From: Octopus sinensis
Taxonomy: Eukaryota
NCBI RefSeq assembly: GCF_006345805.1
Contig: NC_043009.1
Location: 12,772,001-12,836,000, forward strand
DNA: 64,000 nt
Direction of reading: 5' to 3'
A program made the translations under genes and the position numbers. Positions 41,931 to 55,962 of the stretch are shown here, in pieces. How positions within the stretch are numbered: the stretch's first letter is position 1; each line of letters begins with the position of its first letter. Under the pieces are notes generated by a model. That model saw only the letters and a list, made by a program, of their open reading frames with translations, searched no databases and was not told the origin of the DNA.

Positions 41931-43218
41931 TTCGATCATCCCATAAGTAATGCAGTTTTCTCAATTGCATGAACTAAAAGTCGGAGGGGGACGCGATAAA
42001 CTATCGGTATTAACTTGCTATAAAAGCAGGTAGTAATTTTACTTTGCCTTATTTTTAGTGCAAGTTTTGAAGAATGCAGTTCGATTTTAACAGTTATTTT
42101 TTTCAAAGCTATAATGGAAGTGACAAAGGAGTATATTCGGCATGTTTTGCTTTATGAGTTCAAAAAAAGCAACAACACAACGGAAAGTGTGAGGAATATT
42201 AATGCAGTATATGGGAAACAGACGATATGCGTAAGCCAGTGACAATGGCGGTTCAAGAAATTCCGAACCGGAAACTACAGCCTAGAAGACGATTCTCGTT
42301 CAGGAAGATCTGTAGCGCTCGACGACGACGTCCTGCAAACCCTGGTGGAACAAAATCTCATCGTAACGTTTGAAGGACTAGAAGAGAAGCTTGGATTTAG
42401 TCATTCACCCATTCATCAGCACCTGCGTGCCATCGGAAAAGTCAGCAAATTGGGTCAAAGAGTTCATCGCAAACCTTCCGAGTCTAATCGCCTGCAGAGT
42501 GTAAATGTATGCTCTTCTTTGCTGCCACGTCACACGAATGAACATCTTTTGGACCGAACAGTGACTGGTGACCAGATACGAGTCATCCATGAAAATGTTA
42601 AGCGCCGAAGACTGTGGATAGGGAAAGCAGAAACATCGGCACCGCAGGCTAAAGAATGACTTCACACGTATAAGGTGTTGTTATCTGTTTGGTGGGATAT
42701 TAAAGGTATAGACCACTTGGAACTTTTAAACTCAAACCAAACGATACGATAACAAAGGAGATATACTGTTAGAAGCTAGAGCGGCTTAAGTCAGCGCTAG
42801 AAGAAAAACGACCATCTCTAGTTTGAAGACGAAAGGTGTTCTCCCATCAGGATAATGCTCGGCCGCATATAGCAAGGGTGACATTCCAAAGGCTCGAGTA
42901 GTTTAAATGGAAAACGATACCCCACCCACCATATTCGCCGGACATTGCCCCCTCTGATTATCATTTATTCTAGAGTGTCCAAAATAATTTGGACGGAAAA
43001 GGATGAATTCTGTAGACAAGGTCAGAACAGTAATGGAAGAATATTTTCGTCAGGGACAAGTGAGTTTTGGAAGAGGGGCCTTGCAAGTCTAGCAGAAAGA
43101 TGGAAGAGCATTGTAGGAAAAGAAGGAGAGTATATTTTAGATAAAAGCAGAAACTTGTTTATCTTAATTTTAAAAATAAACGAAGTATAAATAAACCCAC
43201 ATTATTTATGGGATGATC

Positions 43219-43221
<3 letters not shown>
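41931..43221 (+). mobile_element. Full-length degenerate mariner (DD34D), 1291 bp
   Basis: TIRs ttcgatcatcccataagtaatg / cattatttatgggatgatccaa, TA flanks, VWWD, HQDNARPH and YSPDIAPSDYHLF with 34-residue spacing; multiple stops. Confidence 0.93.
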
Positions 43222-43251
<30 letters not shown>

Positions 43252-43495
43252 CATACATATATAACGGGAAGCTTTATGAAAATAGACAAAAGACGAAGGC
43301 AGGTGGAATACAAACAAACAATTGTATTAGCGCTCAGATACATACATACTTATATATATATATATATATATACTTTCATTCACACTTTGAATTTGGTGGT
43401 ACTGGTAACGGCTTGCGCTCGCTCTGATACCTGAGTTGAGGTGATGCCTTCTAGTGCCTCCAAATTTAATACACAATTATTTATAATTGTAGAGT

Positions 43496-43586
43496 CCTAT
43501 GCTGAGGAGAAAAATAGTCGGGTAATACATAATTATTTAATTTTTATGCTTTTCTATGACTTAATTTCGAAACGTATGTCCGTAGG
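43496..43586 (+). ncRNA. Type I hammerhead ribozyme (CUGAGGA core, GUC site)
   Basis: cctatg-CTGAGGA-gaaa..agtc...gact..tttc-GAAA-c gtat g-TC-cgtagg; stem I extends 3 bp past a TG bulge; predicted cleavage after 43580. Confidence 0.85.
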
Positions 43587-43790
43587 TGACTTAATATAGA
43601 ATGATTATCGTCATTTCTTTCTCTTTTGCCTGCGTTGTTTGCCTTTTAAGTGCTGTGGTTTTACTGAGATCTCCCTTTTAAGTGGAAAGAATAGCCATAA
43701 ATCTTTGACTGCTATTTCTAAATTCGGTGTGTGGTGAGGCAAATCGTTGCTAAACCTTAATTACTTACTATATATATATATATATATATA

Positions 43791-43833
<43 letters not shown>

Positions 43834-44531
43834 TATATATATTTATAGTATTATATGTGTGTGTATTCATACATACACACGTATATATATCGGGAAACAG
43901 TGCCAAAACAAATTTGACTAAAAATCATGCTAAAATAAAATTCACAAAAGCAAATCCTTTTGATAGTTAATTTTAGAACAAATAAGTATATAAAAACATG
44001 CCTCGTTTCCAAACGTACGAGATGTAGAAATAACGCGCGCACGCGAAAAAATAAGAGTGGATGAAGTGGCAGAAAATTAACAGCCAATGAGCAAGCGAAA
44101 AACGTAAACCAACGAAGATAGTAAAGCAAGAATTAGACTACATGGATGCCAACAAATAAACCACCAGAACACAAATATTACTGTTCCCGGTTGTAGATTG
44201 TAATGACATGGATCTCAAAGCACAAATTAAACTGTCAACAATCTCCGTTTCTATCCAGTTTCTCTCTGTTACTCATTCTATATGTGTATATATGCAGAGT
44301 CCGTCCACCATCCACTAAAATGATGCATACACACTACAGGAAAGGAAAAATCTGTATAAATATTTTAATATAGTGTTATTGCAATCTATTCAGTGTTATG
44401 TTATTTTGTTAAAACATCGAAAGATGTGTCTATATTTATAGAGACATTTATACAAGTTAAATATTTATACAGATTTTTCTTTCTCGAAGTGTGTACTCTG
44501 TATATACATATATAGTAGAATCTCTGTATAT

Positions 44532-44807
44532 ACAATTGCAGCGTGGAAGGTGTTTATAAGCCATTTAAGAAACGGGCAAAAACCGTTAGATTCACTTCAA
44601 CATTTAAATTAATTTGTCAAAATATTTTCGTCGCTTGAGACCGCGACATGTTCCTGACAAAACTTCGTGCTGCATGTGTCAGTGAACAGGTCGCGGTCTC
44701 AAAGCGACGAAAATATTTTGACAAATTAAATTTAAATGTTGAAGTGAATCTAACGGATATTGTGTGTTTCTTAAATGGCTTATAAACACCTTCCACGCTG
44801 CAATTGT
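44532..44807. mobile_element. MITE-like palindromic element
   Basis: ~125-bp imperfect inverted arms acaattgcagcgtggaagg... / ...ccttccacgctgcaattgt with a ~16-nt loop. Confidence 0.75.
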
Positions 44808-45045
44808 TTTCGTTCCAGCACACGATCTCAGATCAAGTCACTCGCTTTGCAAGTACATCTCCGAAATTCTGTACATACATATATAGTAAAAATAATTGAT
44901 GCAGAAGATAGAATGTACTGGAAATTTTATTTATCAAAGTGATCGTTTCGACACATCCTGCACCGCTCCCTCGAAAGTGGGAAACTATACAATGAATTCC
45001 AATGCCATAAGCAGCGAACGTACTTTGCCGGCATACTACTAGGGA

Positions 45046-45277
45046 AGGCGGCGAGCTGGCAGAAACGTTAACACGCCGGGCGAAATGCTTTGCAGTATTT
45101 CGTCTGTCGCTACGTTCTAAGTTCAAATTCCGCCGAGGTCGACTTTGCCTTTCATCCATTCGGAGTCGATTAAATAAGTACTAGTTACGCACTGGGGTCG
45201 ATATAATCGACTTAATCCGTTTGTCTGTCTTTGTTTGTCCCCTCTGTGTTTAGCCCCTTGTGAGTAGTAAAGAAATA
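45046..45277 (+). mobile_element. Monomeric SINE (gtcgactttgcctttcatcc core) with 16-bp TSD
   Basis: TSD ggcatactactaggga at 45030-45045 and 45278-45293. Confidence 0.9.
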
Positions 45278-45499
45278 GGCATACTACTAGGGACATACCC
45301 CAAACGCAGTTTAGGTTTTAAATTTATATCTAAACTTGACTTATAGCTTATGCATACACACACACATACATATGTGTTTGTATGTGTGTGTGTATGTTGT
45401 TGTGTTTGTGTGGCATGCGTGCATGCGTGTGTCTGCGTGTATGCTCTAAACAATACACAATGCTATTCGGAAGAATGACTGTGTTCTGGAATAAATATA

Positions 45500-45900
45500 G
45501 GAACACTTCTGTTATTGAATACAAAAACAAACATCGATAGAAGGAATACTGGTGGAACATTCTCGTCAAAACATCTGTCAAGCGTTAACATAATAAGGCC
45601 AGATATCATTGTCTGCGACAGACAAGAAAAAGTATGTACCATCATAGAGTTCAGGTGTTCTGATGATGTGAATATTCCTTTGAAGATCAATGAGAAACAG
45701 GATAAATACGGACAACTGCTTCAAAACATACAGCTTCTATTCAGATTATAGATTCATGTTTACTCCAATTACAATTGTTGCACTTGGATTTGTGAGTAAA
45801 TGCCTTAGTGACAATCTACATACGTTAGGGTTTTCAGGAAAAGAAATAAACAAACACATATTTCAAATACAAATGTGAAACAGCAACAATTTGCAAGACT
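45500..45900 (+). mobile_element. Non-LTR retrotransposon restriction-like endonuclease fragment (R2/R4/NeSL-type)
   Basis: RPDIIVCD....CTIIE....D.NI..K..EK..KY matches the RLE PD-(D/E)xK pattern. Confidence 0.75.
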
Positions 45901-46296
45901 TATCATCGCAAGTTCAAAATGGGATATTGTTTATGTTATCGGCATTCCAGCGATGGAGATTTGCACCTCTGTTAGAAACCTGTTCCTTTCTCAGAAAAAA
46001 GTATTTAAATAACTAATAGCAGTAGAGAACATACATAAACACATACATACATACACAGATACATACATATGTGTATATACACATATATATACCTACATAC
46101 ATGCATACTCACACATATATAAATGCTGAGTCAAGACTGTGACAATGTTCGTCTTACACCAATATATTCCATGTGTTTTTAGTGCATGTTTATGAGGAGA
46201 CTTTCTCCCCGTCAATTCAACAATACCATGCCTTTAAACTATGTATATACATTTTGTATCATATACAAATGCCAATATATATATATACATATACAC

Positions 46297-46369
<73 letters not shown>

Positions 46370-46436
46370 CATATATATACATATATATATGCATATATAT
46401 ATACTATATATACATACATATATATATATACATATA

Positions 46437-46493
<57 letters not shown>

Positions 46494-46730
46494 ATTAATC
46501 AATATAGGGTGGCAAAAAAAGTTTGTAGAATTTTTTTGCCACCAGCGGCCTAGTGGGAAAAAATTAAATAGTCATAGACCATTTTTAAGTTCAACATCAA
46601 CAATCAAGGAACGATTGCAAATGTTTTTTTAATTTTCCTCCTGTTTACGGAATTGATTTTTATTTGCGGTTGAAGCTTTGGCTGTTATTTCTAGTGGGTG
46701 AATGGCCTATTATGGCCGTTCCTTGATTGT

Positions 46731-46821
<91 letters not shown>

Positions 46822-47030
46822 GCATGTATTTCGTTTTTGCATTTGGTTTGCAAGATTCTTTATGTGAATTCGTGTCTTGAAGTACATTTTATTGTATGGG
46901 GAGAGCAATTCTGTTTTAATGTCTTATTAATTAACACACTCACCGGTTCGATTTCCACTCATATATTTATTCATTTTTTCCAAAATTTTCCTTACTTCTT
47001 GCAACTCTTCAATAGACGTCGACACTGTCC

Positions 47031-47089
<59 letters not shown>

Positions 47090-47736
47090 ATCATATATAT
47101 ATATAACATGCATCATGTATGTATTTGATATATATATCAAATACATACGTAGTTGTCCAGAGATAACTCTCGTATGGATGTATTGTATGTCAGAAGTTTT
47201 CCGAATTTGCAGAGGTCCCTCAAAGGAAAGCATGTATGGTATTCGTTTATAATGAAAATAAGCTGTCATATTGTTCTCTTAAGAGATCCGATGTTCTGTA
47301 TAAAGTATGAAAGTGGGATGGGAGTTTGTCATCTGGAATGCTGTCTGATTTGAATCGGTAAATAGAAAGTACGAACGGTTTCAATGATAAATGAATTGCT
47401 TGGAGTGAGTTAAAGACAGATATAACGTTTCAGGCAGGATTCTTCGTTGTGTTCTGATGCTGAATAAGTAGGATGGAAGTAGCGAAAGAAAGAAAGGGAG
47501 AGAGAATAGAAAACAGAGAAAAATATAAGAAAGACAGAATGAAAGATATAAGGAATGAGGTAAGGGGAGGCTATAAAACGAATCATCTTTTAGTATGGAA
47601 GCATTGGTTAAAACGGGGCAACAGATTTGACATCAAGAAGGGAGGGTGAAAATTCTAAGAGGTAAAGAAGTGGAGGAATTATAGTGGGAAAAGGGGCTAA
47701 AAAAAGAGTTCTTTTCATCGACAACTGTGATTGTCA

Positions 47737-47777
47737 CACGCCGATGACGGGTCAATACCCAGAAACTCGAGTCCGTG
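47737..47777 (+). ncRNA. Minimal type I hammerhead motif with U4C core change
   Basis: cacg-CCGATGA-c gggt caat accc a-GAAA-c tcga g-TC-cgtg. Confidence 0.75.
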
Positions 47778-48852
47778 CGTATCATAAGTTGGAGACGGGA
47801 AGGATGGCTTCCCTTTGCAAATACTGATAGGGCACAGAAAGTGTGTCTATAGCCAGCTGGAGGAGGTGTCCTCCTGGGGCTACAAACTGCAGTAGCATCC
47901 ACCCTTAGGGGTTAGCCATATTAAATGGCAAATATACGTCACGTTGTGAACATAAAATAGAAACAAAAGTCAAATAAAAGAATGCAAAGCGTTCGTCAAT
48001 GCTTGAAATGGTTTTCTCCATGGTGTAATGTTACTCCACACAGCCAACGCCAAGATCTGAACGAAAGACGAGACACTGATAAAAATCGTTTCAAGCGAGA
48101 GAACAAATTTACAAATATGGCTGAAGAAGATTGCTTAAGAGACAATAACCTCTTTCTTAGTCACAGTTAATCCGATTTACTCCCCAGTGTCCAGTTTATC
48201 TTATTAACTCATCCTTTCACCACATAGATCAACTAATCCGAGGATATACTAATCTCTGCATACCACTGATTATATATGATATGTAAAACCAAGAGACGCG
48301 AAGTAATAGTAGATTAATACTTTCATAAAGACAAATACTTATTTTAAGTTAGTTTATTGATTTCTAATATTGATAGAAGTTCACGGATTTCTAAGGGAGG
48401 AAAATAAGATATGGTATTTATGCATTTTGAAGTAGAACAGTAGCGTAGGTGCAGAGAGTTAGATTCAAGCAAGATTCTAAACTCTATCATAAAATCAGTT
48501 GCCGCGAACCTTGCTCTTTTCTCTAGAGATCAATTCATTCGACTTATTAGCATTGAATGTAATGTACTTCCCAATATATCATCACACAGAAATGGTTATG
48601 CCATACTTTTTAAAAGTGTACAGCTTTGTATTCAAGAAATGCAGCTATACCATGCTTTTTAGAAGTCTACACGTCATATGTTCGTTAAAAACTCATCATT
48701 ATTTAAGAAATAACATTTCTTTGTCTTTGAAATCATGTAGTTCCAGGTTCTGTATCACTGTTCAGAGTTTTGGGCATGAACCATGCATTATACCACAGGC
48801 CACCTAATGATATGTGCTTTGCTTGTATGTAACACACACACACACACACGCA

Positions 48853-48884
<32 letters not shown>

Positions 48885-48906
48885 GAAACACACACATACA
48901 CAAATA

Positions 48907-49660
48907 CAAGGTGCGATGGGTAAATTGTTGCCATTTTATATTTGTAATTACGCGCATGCGCATTGTTTGTTTTTGATTTTGTCAACTACACAGTATGGTA
49001 GGGTGAGTAGGGTACCGTCTGTAAGAAAACACCACCATGACGCAATTCACTCTGCCAGAAATTTGGAAACAACATGCTGTGCTACTTGGCATTCGCGCCG
49101 GAAGCTCCAATACGAACATTTCAGAGTGTTTGGGTGTCATTTTGAGGACAGTGCAGAGGATATTCGGAAAAAACTGGATGAGTCTAATGATGATTATGAA
49201 GGTTCGGCAGCTCGGGAAACTCACTCTGATCGTTCTAAGAAAATAACTCCTGAATTTGTTGGTGAAATCCAGGCCATGTTTGACAACGATCTCTCCAAGT
49301 CAATCAGGTACATCGCCAAAGACAAGAGAGTGTCAGAGTTTCTAATGAGGCAGAAAGAGCATGAAGACATTCGGTATTCCTCATACAAGATGAAAAAGGG
49401 CCATTTTTACCCCAAGGCATCAAAGAGAAGAGGAAAGACCACGCTACGAGGTTTTTCAATAAACTCAAACATCCCCTCCAACCGAACATGCTTTGGTTTT
49501 TCTCAGACGAGAAAAATTTCTGCCAGGATCAGATGGTGAACACACAGAATAACCGTTAGCTTGCTGTGTCCCAGAACATGTATCGAGAGTGATAAAAATC
49601 AAACATCCAGTCAACACCATGGTATTTGGAGTGACCCCTAGTGATGGTGACGTTATGTCT
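48907..49660 (+). mobile_element. Tc1/mariner DD37D (maT-like) element, 5' half
   Basis: TA + caaggtgcg terminus; frameshifted ORF ...PSKSIR-like region, LWFFSDEKNFCQDQMVNTQNNR, HPVNTMVFGV. Confidence 0.75.
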
Positions 49661-49902
49661 TTCTATGTTCGCGAATTCCTTCATGTTATCTTTACATATG
49701 TGTGTGTGTGTGTGTTTTCCAGTGTTAACAAATAACACAGAAAAAAATAAACAGTTACCAGGGTAGCAAAGCTTCACACAAGTAACAAGGATGTAACAGC
49801 CTGTTTATAAAGGTAGAAACTTCGGGTTTAGGTGATATGCTTTGTATAATATAGATAAATAAATAAATGGAGTTAAACGTAGGTGTTATTCAAATTCTTT
49901 TA

Positions 49903-49990
49903 CTTCCGACATATGTTTCGAAGACAACATTGGTATTATTCTAGAAGGAATAAAATAGTGCGAAGCAATGCAATCTTGTCATCAGGGAAA
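49903..49990 (-). ncRNA. Type I hammerhead ribozyme (CUGAUGA core, GUC site, long stem II)
   Basis: Minus: tttcc-CTGATGA-caagattgcattg...caatgttgtcttc-GAAA-c atat g-TC-ggaag; predicted cleavage between 49908 and 49907. Confidence 0.85.
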
Positions 49991-51214
49991 GAACGAAACC
50001 AAACACATCAATAAGACATTTTAACAGAATATGATGAATGCGTATATGATGAAGGGAATGCTATTGAGTTTTTTCTTAAAAAATGGATAGTAGATATAAC
50101 GTCAAAGGTAGTTTATAGAAAGAGAATGAGGAGAAAAAAGAAATTAGCAGCAAACTAATAGTGGAGAGATAGAGAGCGATAGGGGAATTAGAATAAAGCT
50201 TAAAGGCATGGAATTAGATATATTTAGTGGAAGTGAAATGTAAGAAGGTAGTCAAAGGTCGAATTCTATAGAATGGAAGAAATCACTTATTGGAATCCAT
50301 TCACTAGAACTGTAAAAGTCTAAAACTTCCCAGAAGTTTATCATTTAAATATATACATACATACAAACAAAAATACCCTGTTGTTGATGTTGAAATTCCA
50401 ATGAAGGAGCCTTGGATTTAGGTTAGAAACCGGTTCTTCCTCTATTGGCAAGAAATCTTGAAATAAACTGAATAAGGGCATACATATGCATACATATATG
50501 TTACACACACACACACTCACACCTACCTATATACATACACATACATGAATAAATATATATATGTATGCATACACACACACACATTGCTTACTTCTCAACG
50601 ATTGCGTTCACATGTTTGAGTCGATTCATTAATACATTGCTAAGGCTAACAACACTGATAACTGTTAATTGGTCTGTGACGTATAAAAGAAACGGTCAAA
50701 AATTCAAAGTAAATAAATAAATAAATAATGTCAAGAATTAAACGCTAAAGAATCGCTGCAAAATGTTTTCACGAGGCTGATGGAATTTAGGAAGAAGCTT
50801 TTCACTTCCAGCCCTTTGGCTAATTCTATCAAAACAGACAATACCTAACCAGCTCCAAAATAATCCTGATTATTTTCGATAGTTTGAAAAAGATTTATAA
50901 TAATTTTTTTTTCATTAAAATTAATTGCAAGAAAAGAATTCTAGAAACCCCACCACATATAGACGGATAAAACACTAAAAAATTGACAAGGCAGCATCTC
51001 AAATGCCAAAAGTGAGATCGTACAAATGTTTATGACATGTATTCCTAGAATTAAGAATTAACTCATCAATAATGGTAATTATTCGAATGTTTTAGCAGTG
51101 GGGATTAGTACGAAGAGAAGAATCTCAATTAAAAGCCAACTAGTCACATTCAGGCATCCACTCCATAAATCCAAACACACGCATATGCCTATATGAGAGA
51201 AGAGGGCATATACA

Positions 51215-51802
51215 CATTTATATATGCATATATGTGTATGTGATGAATGCATGAATATGTAACGGTACAGCCGCAATATGACCTGTTCGCATGTATCGTA
51301 TATTCGATAATTGTTTTAGGTGCCCAGTAGTGGTTAGTAGACATGGACATCATCTCGGCTCTTTCACTCCTTGTCCTATCGTGGGTATGATAACAGAGGG
51401 AGAAACGAACCGACTGGCCCAAGGGTCGAAACATCCACCTGATGATCGTAAATCAAACTCTCTCTAAGGGCTGGACCACACACTTTTACAGAATATATAT
51501 ATATATAAGAAATTATACACACACACACACACACACACACCACACACACATATATATATGCATATATGTGTGTGTGTACACACACGATATATATACATGC
51601 ATACATATGCATCAATAAATAAGTACATATACAAATATACATATATATATATATATATACATAATATATATATTTATACTTATATATTACTTATATATAT
51701 ATATATATATATATGTATATTTGTATATGTACTTATTTATTGATGCATATGTAGCATGTATATATATACGTGTGTGTACACACACACATATATGCATATG
51801 TG

Positions 51803-51858
<56 letters not shown>

Positions 51859-52165
51859 ATTTCTTATATATATATATATTCTGTAAAAGTGTGTGGTCCA
51901 GCCCTTAGAGTGAGTTTGATTTACGATCATGAGGTGGATGTTTCGACCCTTGGGCCAGTCGGTTCGTTTCTCCCTCTGTTGTCATACCCACGATAGGACA
52001 AGGAGTGAAAGAGCCGAGATGACGTCCATGTCTACTAACCACTACTGGGCACCTAAAACAATTATCGAATATACGATACATACGAACAGGTCATATTGCG
52101 GCTGTACCTGTTACAATATTCATGCATTCATCACATACACGTATATGCATATATAAATGTATTAT
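51215..52165. repeat. Fold-back inverted repeat (~380-bp arms) around a TA/CA spacer
   Basis: ~51215-51600 is the reverse complement of ~51750-52165 with about six differences in the unique part. Confidence 0.9.
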
Positions 52166-52179
52166 ATATATATAATATA

Positions 52180-54242
52180 TTAAAATATTATTAGAGACAA
52201 AACCACTATTTTGCAAAACAAACAAGGAAAGACATAATCAATACATAAAATTTTAATAAATAGTCAAAAAAACCGCCACTACAATTGTTTCTTGTCTTGA
52301 TCGACAATCTTCAGGTGGACTTCCAATCTAAAATATCAATATTTTAAAATATAAAAATAATAATTTTAAAATAATTAAAGTATGAATGAAAAAATATAAA
52401 TATATAATCCATATATAACCTATATATAATCCATATATAATCAATATATAAACAATATATAAACTAAAATAAACCTATCAACAATTAAATATAAAATATA
52501 AAATATAAAATATAAAATATAAAACAAAACAAAAAAATAATAATAATATAATAATAAAAACTATATATACACCCATACACATATACCTAATTATATATAA
52601 CCATATCTAACTACATACACTAAATCACACACCTATATATATATCCCTATACATACACATAAAAACGTCTAGGCAACTATAAATAAATAAAATAGCTAAA
52701 TACTTCAACACAATACTATTCATACTCCCACACACACACACATACAACCCACATTCACGCTCTAGAAAACGGACATCACTTAAAATTATGAACGGAGAAA
52801 TGGAATAAATGGAATTAAAAATTATATTCACTTGGTAAAACGAACACTACTTAAAAATTATGAATGAAACAATGCAATAAAACAACAGACATCGCAAATA
52901 GACACAAATTACTACGAATTCCTTAACAAACCTACCATGATAAACCAAAACTCATAAAAACATATAATGATAAAATCTCCCTTTACTAAACTCTATAACA
53001 TACCTATATAGCAATCCCCCTAACCTAAACATTCACACACAAATACACACACGTAAACCACACACCCACGACATATACAAATACCCACACCACTTACACA
53101 TACCTATACATACATATAAACCTCAACATATACTCCAAAATCCCACTCAACCCCACACAGACAAATAAACACAAAAATTATGAATGGATTCTTTATAAAA
53201 CTACCATGATAAGCTAAAACTCACAAAACATAAATGATAAAACCTCCCTTTACTAAACACTATAACATACTTATATAGCAATCCCTTTAACCTATACATT
53301 CACACACAAATACACACACGTAAACCACACACCCATAACAAATACAAACACCCACCCCCACTCACACACACCCACAAGTACATATAAGCCTCAACATATA
53401 CACCAAACAAAATTACTTTACCAAGGAACTTAACATATGTATAAAAAGTATAACCGCTCTGGAAACGAACATCTTTTAAAATAATGAATGGAGAAATGGA
53501 ATAAATGGAATTAAAAATAATATTCACGTGGCAAAACGAACACCACTCAAAAATTATGAATGAAACAATGTAATAAAACAACCAACATCGAAAATAGACA
53601 AATACCACGAGTTCCCTAAAAAAACCATGATAAACCAAAACTCTTAAAAACATATAACGATAAAATCTCCTTTGCTAAACTCTATAACAAACCTATATAG
53701 CAATCCCCCTAACCTAAACATTCACACACAAATACACACACGTAAACCACAGACCCACGACTTATACACATACCTATACTAACTTATAAACCTCAATATA
53801 CACCAAAACCCACTCCCTCCCCACACAGACAAATTAACACATTCATCCCAAAACCTAAATAACAAACCCATATACACATTCACACACAAACACACACACA
53901 CGCAAAACACACACACACAACAGATACATATACTCCCTCACATATACGCATATACATACTCACTAAACTCGATATATACAACAATATTTACACACCCACA
54001 CTCATACAGATAAATAAATTATACAACTAAAAACTCACACACAATCTCATATACATAAACACTCCTATGAAAAACAACATTAAATACATCGTAATTAACC
54101 AGAATATCAAAAATAACAATATGACATAAGGAGAAATAAAATACATACTTACAAGTCAGTTTCAAATTATGAAGTGAAATTAAATTCTTAGCCGTTAAAA
54201 AAATCAAACCAAAATTACGTTACCATAGAAATATAACTTATG
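52180..54242 (-). mobile_element. PLE-like strand-skewed repeat, left arm of a 2-kb inverted repeat
   Basis: Reverse complement of 58563-60633; internal sub-repeats; hammerhead near its 3' end. Confidence 0.7.
52276..52318 (-). ncRNA. Minimal type I hammerhead ribozyme (CUGAAGA core, GUA site)
   Basis: Minus: ccac-CTGAAGA-ttgtc gatcaa gacaa-GAAA-c aatt g-TA-gtgg. Confidence 0.85.
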
Positions 54243-55330
54243 TAAAAAAAGAATACGCGCCATGGAAAGTAAACTTCATTTAAAATTATGAATGGAGAAA
54301 TAGAATAAATGGAACTAAAAACTATATCCACGTGGCAAACCAACACTACTTAAAAAAAAAATTTGTTATGAATGGATTCTTTAAAAAACTACCATGATAA
54401 ATTATTATATGCATTTATGAGCTTTAGCTCATCTTAGCAGCTCTAACAAACAACTTGCAGTAACCCAAATCTATTCTCGATGCCTGCCTTACTACTACAC
54501 TATTCCATTCACAATTCCAAGCAACGCTAGTCCACCACCCGGTTACAATTCCCAACTCCACCCATTCATTCACAATTTCAACGACGTTCGCCTCCAAAGC
54601 ACTACATATAAGCCTCAACATATACACCGGAGATTCACTTTCACATCCGTGCGGATGGGTGAGAGTATACATTGAGTGTAGTGATGGGGCTCCCATTACT
54701 ATACACATTTGTACCTGTGTGGTAGTCTCCATGTGTATATTCACGCACGGGTATAAATGCAGGGGGTACACGCGCACGCCATGTGCGTGTACCCCCTCAG
54801 ATGTACATATGCATGCTATTTGGGCTCGATATGTGCAACAATGTAATCGCGCCCGCATACATGCATATGAGCGAGTTGCACAATCAAAATACGCACACGT
54901 GTGTGTGTGTGCGTTCCCTGGTTGTGCAATTCACCCATCTGGGTGTGAGTGGGTGTAAGCGTATTGCTGTGGATGTCGAGCTTGATACGTATGTATATGA
55001 GTGTGTATTGGGGGGTTGTACGTATTATTGTGTGCATGTGCTTCACGCACGTGCGTCCATGTATGGATGAAATATTGGGATTGCTATGTGGGTGTAAATT
55101 GGGTATGGAGGGGGGAGTTTTGTCATTGTATTGGTGTGGGTTTCATTTGTGAAGGTGGTTAGTTGGTGATTTTTGGTATGTTCTGTATATTTGGGTTAGT
55201 TATGTATTATTCTAGTGTGTATAATTGTATACATATGATTGGTGTGAGTGGGATTACACCCATTTTTGGGGATGTATGTGTTTATTTGTCCGTATGGGGC
55301 GGGAGTGGCCGTTTGGTGTATATGTTGAGG

Positions 55331-55962
55331 CACACACCCACAAGTACATATAAGCCTCAACATATACACCAAACAAAATTACTTTACCAAGGAACTTAAC
55401 ATATGTATAAAAAGTATAACCGCTCTGGAAACGAACATCTTTTAAAATATTGAATGGAGAAATGGAATAAATGGAATTAAAATAATATTCACGTGGCAAA
55501 ACGAACACCACTCAAAAATTATGAATGAAACAATGTAATAAAACAACCAACATCGAAAATAGACAAATTACCACGAATTCCCTAAAAAACCATGATAAAC
55601 CAAAACTCTTAAAAACATATAACGATAAAATCTCCCTTTGCTAACTCTATAACAAACCTATATAGCAATCCCCCTAACCTAAACATTCACACACAAATAA
55701 CACACGTAAACCACAGACCCACGACTTATACACATACCTATACTAACTTATAACCTCAATATACACCAAAAACCCACTCCCTCCCCACACAGACAAATTA
55801 ACACATACATCCCAAAACCTAAATAACAAACCCATATACACATTCACACACAAACACACACACACGCAAAACACACACACACAACAGATACATATACTCC
55901 CTCACATATACGCATATACATACTCACTAAACTCGATATATACAACAATATTTACACACCCA
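55331..55962 (-). repeat. Third partial copy of the skewed repeat (direct repeat of 53365-53998)
   Basis: Near-identical over ~630 bp. Confidence 0.9.

Noticed and set aside
50400-50450. CCAATGA...GAAACcgGTT
   Set aside because: Two core changes and no stem I.
51415-51450. GAAAC-atccac-CTGATGA as a type II hammerhead
   Set aside because: Only 6 nt between motifs, too short for stems III and I.
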